Origin: an uncultured archaeon
GTDB lineage: Archaea; Asgardarchaeota; Lokiarchaeia; Sigyniarchaeales; Promethearchaeaceae
Length of the DNA stretch: 32,000 nucleotides
Assembly (NCBI GenBank): GCA_964426185.1
Contig: CAYRPF010000012.1
Location: forward strand, 22,459 to 54,458
Direction of reading: 5' to 3'
The notes below the pieces were generated by a model. It had not been told where the DNA came from. It saw only the letters and a program-made list of their open reading frames with translations, and made no database searches. Of this stretch, positions 18,715-25,979 are shown in pieces. The position numbers and the translations under genes were made by a program. The stretch's first letter is position 1. Each line of letters starts with the position of its first letter.

Positions 18715-18916
18715 AGAATTGAGCGGGAGAGCGCAAAACTTTTTAATTTTCAAGAATTGAACAACTTGATAATTTCTCATATTTTTTGATGCCTTTTTGG
18801 AACCAATTTCCTAAAGCGATAAATCACCTTTTACTAAGAAATAAATCTCGCTAATTCGGCATCAATTTTCTGAATTTGTAAAAAATTATTTCATATCAAA
18901 TGAAATGGTAAGTAAT

Positions 18917-19201
18917 ATGGCCAAACTTAAAAAATGGAATTCTATCCCAGTCGAGAATGAGATCATTTCGATTCTGGTTAAAAATCGAGGTGAAATGCTC
19001 ACCTCTGATTTACTGCGACAACTTAGCAATAAATATCAAGACTTTACACGAACCGATTTGGATCAAGCGTTATTTAAATTAGAAGTTCGTTCTTTTATAT
19101 TTGTCGTATCTATTAAAAAAGATGTATCTAAAGTTGAAATCAACCCCAGAGGAAATTTCAGCCACCAAATAATGGCAGAAATCCGCAAATTTACTCATTA
19201 A
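18917..19201 (+). CDS. Small winged-helix-like hypothetical protein
   Basis: Helical EIISILVKNRGEMLTSDLLRQL...DLDQALFKLE followed by a beta-hairpin (IFVVSIKKDVSKVEIN); start 18917 or 18905. Confidence 0.6.
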   Translation: MAKLKKWNSIPVENEIISILVKNRGEMLTSDLLRQLSNKYQDFTRTDLDQALFKLEVRSFIFVVSIKKDVSKVEINPRGNFSHQIMAEIRKFTH

Positions 19202-19224
19202 ATTCTAAACAGAATTTTTTTTGG

Positions 19225-20835
19225 TTACTTATGGATTAAAGGCATAAATGATTGGGATTCACTCTCTAACGAAATTTCTTTCCGATATGGGGTTAATAAC
19301 AATCGGCGTACTTTGAAAAATACAGGGTAATTGGTTGCTCCACCCAAAATAACCGCAGATCCCGTTGGTAGAGAAGAAATAATCTTAATTGAATCACTGG
19401 TTAAAGCTTCAGAAGAATTTTTGATATGATTCAAGTCGTAAGGATTTGTTATCCGCATAATAATATGGGTATTACATTGAGAAAGTGCTGTCGTGCTCAA
19501 TCGAACAGGACGTTGCGAGATAAGCACTAATTGTGCGAAAAATTTTCGGCCTTCGCGGGCTAAAGTCTCCAAGATATGTTTAGCAAATGCACTTTTAGAA
19601 TCTTTTTCCGGTAGAAAATTATGAGCTTCTTCTAAAAAGAGAATAAATGGTGCAATTTGTCGTTTCCGGCGGAAGTAAAAAAGTTGTTTTGTAAAGAAAT
19701 CTACCAATATTTGTTTTTTCCGCATTGATAAAATCGTAGAAAAATCAAGAATTGTTAATTTTCCAGGGTGAATTAAATCAGTTATGCATGGTTTAGTGGT
19801 TTGGGTAAAAATATTTAAACGGGCTAGATCCTCCAGCCAAGCGATTAGTGTGGATTGGGTTTTGGAATTTATTTCCGTCTGCTTTTCAATTTGCTTGCAG
19901 AGTTCATTTAAATCAACGCGTGTTTGATTTTGATCTAAGTTTTCTAAGATCTGCTGTAATTCTCGAAGTTGGGGGTAAGTGATATTAGGTTGATATCTTT
20001 GAAAATCATAAGGTAACATATCAGAAATACCGATTTGCATAAAGGATGCATTAATAATTTGAATTTTCGATTGGATCTCTCCAATTTTATCTTTATCTAT
20101 CGTGTTTAATTCAATTTTTTGCTTAAGAAAACGATATTCTCCATGAAGATCGATAAGTATCATTCCTGGTGTTCCTACCGAAGAAGGGCGCATTAAAAGT
20201 TCTTCTAACATTACTGAAACAAGATAAGATTTACCTGCACCGCTTTGGGCCAAAATGGCTACATGTTTATTAAATAGTCGATTTAGATCCAAGGATACTG
20301 ATGTCGAGTAATGGTTAAGTGTCCCAATCTGAAGACCATTTGTTTTAAATCCCAAAAAATAATGCAAAAATTCTCCTTGTAGTAAATACACTTGATTTCC
20401 CGGTTTAACAGGAAATCCAGATGATTCAATCATTTTAAATTCTTCAGGCGAACTGATAGTTTCAATTTTTTTGTTAGTGTGAATATACCCTAATACTTGA
20501 ACTTCAGCAATTTGTATTTCCCATTCATCGCTTGGAAGAAAATGGTTTACTTGTAAATTTGCCACCGTAAAATTCTTTACCGTTTGAAAATCGTGGAAAT
20601 AATTATTCATGATATGAAGTTCTTCAACTAAACCGATAATTTGACCTTGGAAGGTATCTACCAGGCAATATTGACCACGTTTGACCAAAGGACTGAAGCT
20701 GGGTGAAAGCGGTGCCGAAAGAAATGCAAAATGATTAACTGAAGGGGAATTTCCATCCTTTGTAGCAATAACGATTCCTACTGGAGTGAATCTAAGTTCA
20801 TTTTTCTCATTTTTCCTATTTTCAGCCAGGGTCAT
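19225..20835 (-). CDS. herA: HerA/FtsK-superfamily ATPase (HerA-like, with N-terminal HAS-barrel-like region)
   Basis: KHVAILAQSGAGKSY (Walker A), LIDLHGEY, LFLEEAHNF (Walker B), AREGRKF, ISQRP, LSQCNT. Confidence 0.85.
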   Translation of the reverse strand: MTLAENRKNEKNELRFTPVGIVIATKDGNSPSVNHFAFLSAPLSPSFSPLVKRGQYCLVDTFQGQIIGLVEELHIMNNYFHDFQTVKNFTVANLQVNHFLPSDEWEIQIAEVQVLGYIHTNKKIETISSPEEFKMIESSGFPVKPGNQVYLLQGEFLHYFLGFKTNGLQIGTLNHYSTSVSLDLNRLFNKHVAILAQSGAGKSYLVSVMLEELLMRPSSVGTPGMILIDLHGEYRFLKQKIELNTIDKDKIGEIQSKIQIINASFMQIGISDMLPYDFQRYQPNITYPQLRELQQILENLDQNQTRVDLNELCKQIEKQTEINSKTQSTLIAWLEDLARLNIFTQTTKPCITDLIHPGKLTILDFSTILSMRKKQILVDFFTKQLFYFRRKRQIAPFILFLEEAHNFLPEKDSKSAFAKHILETLAREGRKFFAQLVLISQRPVRLSTTALSQCNTHIIMRITNPYDLNHIKNSSEALTSDSIKIISSLPTGSAVILGGATNYPVFFKVRRLLLTPYRKEISLESESQSFMPLIHK

Positions 20836-20960
20836 TTGATAATTTTCTAAAGGATCTCTTTCCTTCTTAAAATACTCCCGGCATTTGATTTTTTAAATCA
20901 TATTGCTAAGTTTACATTATTGTTCATCAGTATAGTAACTACTGGAAATATTCTGGTTAA

Positions 20961-21728
20961 TTATTCAGGGAGGATATCTTTCTTCTTGAAGATTGCATCC
21001 CATTTGGCCATTAAGGCAATAATTACCCACATTAAGTATAATAAAATTATGCCTGCAATGCTACCAGAATCGCCCCCACCTTCTCCCAATAATTTCAATA
21101 TTGGATCAATTCCAAAGATACCAGCAATTATTACTATTAGAAACATTCCTACTTTGCCGACATACATCCAAAAAAGCGTCTTTTTTATGGGATATTTTAC
21201 CAATCCTAATGGCGTTAGAAGCAGTGAATCCGGTAAGGGAGTTAAACCGAAGGCTACAATTATCCAAGGAATGGCTTTTGGTTTTTTTAAAATGCGTTGA
21301 CTCCATTTATCTGTTAAATCTGGTTGATCTTTTTCCATAACCCTTCCGGCCCCGTTCCCGATAATATAATCCAAGAAATCCCCGATGCTGTTTCCTAAAG
21401 CGGCCAAAAAAATAATACCAACGATTTTCACCCATTTATACTCAATCACAGTGGAATCATAATAGACACTGGCAATTACAGCAGCGGGAATGATATAAGG
21501 TATTGGGATAGGAACTAAAGCGCCTAAAATACTTACAACTATTAGAAACCCAATAATTGCCCAATAATTCATATTCTCATAGTTTTCAGAACCAAACCAC
21601 TTATTAATATCAAAATTTTGTGCGAAATCTGGATTGGTCAAAATAATCGGGGTCAAAATCAATATAATCGCTAAAAAAATAATCAGAAACCAATCAATTT
21701 TCTTTATTTTGTATGAGCCAATATGCAT
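20961..21728 (-). CDS. Multi-pass membrane protein, DedA/VTT (YqaA-like) family
   Basis: Several TM segments; PIPIPY and FGLTPLPDSLLLTPLGL re-entrant-type motifs; GNSIGDFLDYIIG. Confidence 0.7.
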   Translation of the reverse strand: MHIGSYKIKKIDWFLIIFLAIILILTPIILTNPDFAQNFDINKWFGSENYENMNYWAIIGFLIVVSILGALVPIPIPYIIPAAVIASVYYDSTVIEYKWVKIVGIIFLAALGNSIGDFLDYIIGNGAGRVMEKDQPDLTDKWSQRILKKPKAIPWIIVAFGLTPLPDSLLLTPLGLVKYPIKKTLFWMYVGKVGMFLIVIIAGIFGIDPILKLLGEGGGDSGSIAGIILLYLMWVIIALMAKWDAIFKKKDILPE

Positions 21729-21810
21729 TGATTAACATAAGAACAAGTACCATTAAAAAGATCAGAAAAAATCGAATGGAGCTCTAGCTCTCAAAAAAGA
21801 AATTTAAAAT

Positions 21811-22488
21811 TTAATTATTTATAGGTGCGGGAACTCCATTTTGAATCACATATTTTTGGCCGCAGATTTCGCAAAACGTTTCATTTTTTCGTTTTAACAA
21901 AGAATACATAATTGGTGTGAATGATCTACCACATTTTGAGCAAAAATATTTTGGCATTACCGACTGTGGGCCTGAAGATGCAAAGTGATGAATTTCAGTT
22001 TTTATATTTAATTCCTGCGCTTTTTGTATATTTCTTGCTTGTCTGGAAACGTTACCGGGTTGAGGTTGAGAAACCTTGCGAGTTTTTCTTGAAATACTTG
22101 GAGCTTCATAAGGTAAAACATTTTTTTTTCCATGTGCTTTTCTATTTTGAGATTCTTTTTTGTCTTTCTCACTTCTTGGAAAAAATAATTTTACCATATA
22201 CTCGATATTTCTTCCATAGATAACTAAAGATTCAGATAAATCTCTTTCTACTGAAATCAAGTTCAAAGGAAGGATTAATACTACAAAAACGGTTGAATAA
22301 ACTGAAATTATACCTGTTAAGCATGCACCTTTCACACTTTGAATGCTAATCCAGAATGCAAACTCGGTTAATTCAACCGCTAAATAAAGGGCTAAATATA
22401 CAGATAAAACGATAATTATACAAGATGCAATTATTCCTACAGGATCATTCCACCAGAAATACGAAAATATTTGATACCAGTGTTCCAT
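21811..22488 (-). CDS. Membrane-anchored protein with C-terminal Zn finger, function unknown
   Basis: 2-3 hydrophobic N-terminal segments, basic linker, FCSKCG-x16-FCEICG; start ATG 22488 or 22521. Confidence 0.7.
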   Translation of the reverse strand: MEHWYQIFSYFWWNDPVGIIASCIIIVLSVYLALYLAVELTEFAFWISIQSVKGACLTGIISVYSTVFVVLILPLNLISVERDLSESLVIYGRNIEYMVKLFFPRSEKDKKESQNRKAHGKKNVLPYEAPSISRKTRKVSQPQPGNVSRQARNIQKAQELNIKTEIHHFASSGPQSVMPKYFCSKCGRSFTPIMYSLLKRKNETFCEICGQKYVIQNGVPAPINN

Positions 22489-22640
22489 TATAATCGACCA
22501 GTTATAGGTTCTTATTATCATTTAGTCAACATTCTTTCTTTAAAGATCCAGAAGCCAATCTTTATCAGAATTTTTTTTTTTCAGGAAAACGTAAAATCAA
22601 AAATATGAAAAAACTTCAGAAATAGTAAAAATTATAATAG

Positions 22641-22691
22641 CGGAGTAAGGAATTTATAGAACTGGGCACCACCAATTCTATCCTTACTCCG
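22641..22691 (-). other. Strong bulged hairpin in the divergent intergenic region (candidate sRNA or 5' leader structure)
   Basis: Minus strand: CGGAGTAAGGA-TAGAATTGG-tggtgc-CCAGTTCTA-taaat-TCCTTACTCCG (11-bp perfect stem plus 9-bp stem with one U-G). TTTTTATA lies upstream at 22742-22735 and T-rich tracts downstream. Confidence 0.6.
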
Positions 22692-22835
22692 AGGATTCGC
22701 TTCCGCTTCTCCAAGATCATATATAGAATTGATCTATAAAAATATCACTGATTTTTCCATTAATAAATCGTTATCTATTTAAGTCAAACGAATTTTAAAG
22801 TAAGTAATACCATTTTAAAATCATGGTGAAGCAAA

Positions 22836-23765
22836 ATCACAGATGATCCCGCCGAAATTTCAAATATTCTTGGTAAAAACTATTCAAAAAGTGATGAATT
22901 TCAAGAAAAATTAAAGGAAATTAACAAAAAATTACAAAAGCTCGGGGCTTTTACTCTTAATGATTCACGAATTTACACAACTTTGCTAGTTCATGGTCTA
23001 AGTTCTCCTGCGAAAATTTCTGAAAAAAGTCAAGTAGATCGGGCCAGAGTTTATGATTCACTAAAAAGATTGGTTAAACGAGGAATTGTAGAAGAAGAAC
23101 CAGTGCCTCGAGCTCCACGGTATAAAGCAGTTCCTCCAGAAATAGTATTTGGAGAAATTAAATCAAAATTTCAATCCAAAATTGCATTAGCTGAAGATCT
23201 CACAAAAGATTTGGAAAATCTCTCTAAATATCAACCAGTTGAAAAAAATTCAGTTTGGACCATTCAAGGGGAAAGAAAAATACAAAAATTGACTCAAAAA
23301 TTCGTTAAAGAAGCTGAAAAATACTGTTATATGATTCTGCCTTTAGATTTTTCTCTAGCCTCGCTACATGAGTTTGAGTCAATAACAGAGTGGATTTTGG
23401 CAAAATTATGCAAAAGTGATATAGAATTTCGCATTGCAATGAAAATTTCAAAAGATCAAAAACAATTCACGCCTCTAATAAATCATCTATTTCATGAAGG
23501 CGTAAAATTCTATAATTGGATTTCTTCTCCCATTTTACCGTTTGGGTTGATAATAACTGAAAAATCATATATTCAAACCTACTTGTCAAATTCAGTTCCA
23601 AAACCGAAATACGATTATGGTGTTTTTATGGAAAATGCTTCAAAAAACCAAATTAAAGGCTTACACACATTGTGCATTTGGGTTTATACACATTTGTGCC
23701 AGCAAGTAATTTTTGAAAAGAAAAAAAAAAAAACACAACCAGGAGATAAATCAAATGGAATATAA
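22836..23765 (+). CDS. TrmB-family transcriptional regulator (wHTH + putative effector domain); start probably non-canonical
   Basis: LQKLGAFTLNDSRIYTTLLVHGLSSPAKISEKSQVDRARVYDSLKRLVKRGIVE...YKAVPPE is the TrmB HTH; SVWTIQG. The conserved helix extends upstream of the track's TTG 22983; the frame is open back to TGA 22827. Confidence 0.88.
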   Translation: MTDDPAEISNILGKNYSKSDEFQEKLKEINKKLQKLGAFTLNDSRIYTTLLVHGLSSPAKISEKSQVDRARVYDSLKRLVKRGIVEEEPVPRAPRYKAVPPEIVFGEIKSKFQSKIALAEDLTKDLENLSKYQPVEKNSVWTIQGERKIQKLTQKFVKEAEKYCYMILPLDFSLASLHEFESITEWILAKLCKSDIEFRIAMKISKDQKQFTPLINHLFHEGVKFYNWISSPILPFGLIITEKSYIQTYLSNSVPKPKYDYGVFMENASKNQIKGLHTLCIWVYTHLCQQVIFEKKKKKTQPGDKSNGI

Positions 23766-24327
23766 AGGTAAGGTAAGTGTGATCGGTCCCGAAGGCACTG
23801 GAAAAACCTCATTAATCCTTCGATACATTAAAAATACCTTTTCAGAAGAATATATCGCAACTTTAGGCGCTGATTTTATTGAAAAAACTTATGACAGCGT
23901 GGATTTACCTCAATTGCGAAGTCGAGAAAAAATGACTATTGTTTATTGGGATATGGCTGGTCAATCCGTTTTTAAAGAAATATCTTCTATTTACTGTGAA
24001 GGTTCTTTAGGATTAATAATCGTTTTTGATGTTAATGATCGGAAAACCTTTGAAGAGTTACCTAAATGGTTGGAGTTTCCCAAGCAGATTTGTCCAGATG
24101 CAATAACTATGGTGGTGGGGAATAAGACAGATTTGGAATTTAAAATTTCGCCCAAGGAAATTTCACAGATGGAGAAACGTTTGAATCTTAAAATTGAGTT
24201 TGTATCAGCCAAGCGGGAGTTAGATGACGAGCGATCAAATGTTCGGAATGTTTTTACAAAGATGGCATCTGAGTTGTTGAAAAAGTTTACCGAATATCGG
24301 AAAATTTCAACCAAGGCATCTGATTAA
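23755..24327 (+). CDS. Rab-like small GTPase
   Basis: G1 GPEGTGKT, G2 YIATLGADF, G3 WDMAGQ, G4 GNKTD, G5 SAK; ATG 23755 follows AGGAGA and overlaps the TrmB 3' end by 11 bp. Confidence 0.94.
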   Translation: MEYKGKVSVIGPEGTGKTSLILRYIKNTFSEEYIATLGADFIEKTYDSVDLPQLRSREKMTIVYWDMAGQSVFKEISSIYCEGSLGLIIVFDVNDRKTFEELPKWLEFPKQICPDAITMVVGNKTDLEFKISPKEISQMEKRLNLKIEFVSAKRELDDERSNVRNVFTKMASELLKKFTEYRKISTKASD

Positions 24328-24343
24328 TTTTAAATTTCTTATT

Positions 24344-24871
24344 TTATCCGTTTTTACCTATTTTTTTAATATATGCAGACACTATGTCTTCGGAAATTTC
24401 CAAAAAGGCAAGACTGGGCTTTGGTACAAAATCATTTGCAAAATTACGAAGTAGATAAGGGGAAGGACGTGGTTGGGTGAGTGAACCTGGATTGAGGATG
24501 AGACATCGATCTTGTGTTTCTTGAATTCGTGGATAGTGAGTATGGCCATGAATGAATACTCTTGGTTTTTCTTCCAATTGAAAATAGACTTCTGGACTAT
24601 GGGCTACCACAATCGACACTTTTTTAAAATTTAATGAAAGCTTTAAGGGCCATTTTTTAACATTATCCATATTACCGCGGACTACACTGGTGGGAGCAAT
24701 TTTTTCTAGATCTTTGATAAAATCTTCGATTAATACATCTCCAGCGTGAATGATATGGTCAACATCTTGAAAATAATACCTGATAACTTTCAGTAAATGG
24801 GAATATTGGTTTTCAGCATCAGAATTTCGCTTGAAATTTAAATGAGTATCCGATAATACCCCTATTTTCAA
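24344..24871 (-). CDS. YfcE/MJ0936-family metallophosphoesterase
   Basis: SDTH, HAGD, VRGNMD, HGHTH, LNPGS motifs; TTG start after GGAGG. Confidence 0.92.
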   Translation of the reverse strand: MKIGVLSDTHLNFKRNSDAENQYSHLLKVIRYYFQDVDHIIHAGDVLIEDFIKDLEKIAPTSVVRGNMDNVKKWPLKLSLNFKKVSIVVAHSPEVYFQLEEKPRVFIHGHTHYPRIQETQDRCLILNPGSLTQPRPSPYLLRNFANDFVPKPSLAFLEISEDIVSAYIKKIGKNG

Positions 24872-24899
24872 AGTATTTCCTCCAATTTAATCAATTTCA

Positions 24900-25949
24900 T
24901 TACATCACAGAAAGGAACAACCATAACAAGAGTAGAATAAATACATCTAAGATTATAAATTTCCAATTTTCTACTGTAGAAAAATAATTGCGCCAATTTT
25001 CCCTAATAATCGAAAAATATTGTTTAACTTTAAAAATTCTTGTAATATATAAGATAAATGCAATGCTCAAAACAGGAATGTATAACCAAAGAAAAGTGGT
25101 TTTCCAAAAAGGATATCCCAAGAAATAAAGCCTAACCACAACTGCAGAAAAAACATTATTAAACCAATGGGCAAAAATCACCGGAAAGATCCGTTGTTTT
25201 TTTAAGAAATAGGTTGCCGCAACTAAACCGATTACAAAACCATTAATTGCCCACCAAATGGGATAGAAAATGGGTTGATCGGTATTAGATGAAACAAATA
25301 CATAGTTAAAATGAGCTAAACCAAAAAGAAAGGAGCTGTAAAAGAAAGCTAAAGGGGATTTCAACTCATCTTTACCAATTGTCAAGAAAAACTCTCGATA
25401 TAAGAACTCTTCCCTAACCGCAACAAAAAAATGCACAATAATTGTTGAGATGAGCATTAAGGGAAATGAATAAAGAAAATAATTCAAAGGATCTTGGGTA
25501 TCTGATATATTTAATGAATTAACTGTATAATCTAAAACGCCCGGTATAAGATAGCTTAGAAAATCTAAAGGAATATAGATACAAAGAAACAACAGTAAGC
25601 CATCTTTTAATTGGGAGGGGAATTTCTTAGTTGTTAATCCTCGAAAAAAGGGAGAAATTTGTTGATTTAGATTGGTGGAATTAATTTCTTTAGTAAGTTT
25701 CAACTCATTATTTTTTGCGGTTTTTTCTTTATTATATTGTGGAAAGAGTTTGGAAACTATCCACATAGCAAAAATCAGGGCAATTATATTGTCAAAAGCC
25801 ATGATAAACCAATATAAATATAAATAAAACATAGATTTTTCGAGTAGAATGTCCAACAAATTGCTAAACAAGAAATAAAGCAGAAAGTTAATTATTGCAC
25901 TAATTAATAGAATAAGAATAAACCGGGCATAATTTTCAATTGACGGCAT
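24900..25949 (-). CDS. CPBP-family intramembrane glutamic protease (Abi / type II CAAX protease, Rce1-like)
   Basis: EEFLYR (EExxxR), FGLAH (FxxxH), AHWFNN (HxxxN); multiple TM helices. Confidence 0.9.
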   Translation of the reverse strand: MPSIENYARFILILLISAIINFLLYFLFSNLLDILLEKSMFYLYLYWFIMAFDNIIALIFAMWIVSKLFPQYNKEKTAKNNELKLTKEINSTNLNQQISPFFRGLTTKKFPSQLKDGLLLFLCIYIPLDFLSYLIPGVLDYTVNSLNISDTQDPLNYFLYSFPLMLISTIIVHFFVAVREEFLYREFFLTIGKDELKSPLAFFYSSFLFGLAHFNYVFVSSNTDQPIFYPIWWAINGFVIGLVAATYFLKKQRIFPVIFAHWFNNVFSAVVVRLYFLGYPFWKTTFLWLYIPVLSIAFILYITRIFKVKQYFSIIRENWRNYFSTVENWKFIILDVFILLLLWLFLSVM

Positions 25950-25979
25950 AAGTCAGTTCAATCCGTTTGGTGAATAAGC

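Noticed and set aside
19225-20835. HerA as part of an anti-phage system or conjugative VirB4/VirD4
   Set aside because: No Sir2, nuclease, T4SS, integrase or other mobile/defence genes nearby; the context is housekeeping.
22641-22712. Hairpin as tRNA, SECIS or SRP RNA
   Set aside because: No cloverleaf or T-loop, no AUGA/GA core, no gene with a convincing in-frame Sec UGA nearby, and too short for SRP RNA.
22827-22829. TGA upstream of TrmB as selenocysteine or readthrough
   Set aside because: The residues before it (VSNTILKSW) show no TrmB similarity, the TGA is part of the SD-like GGTGA, and there is no redox-motif context.
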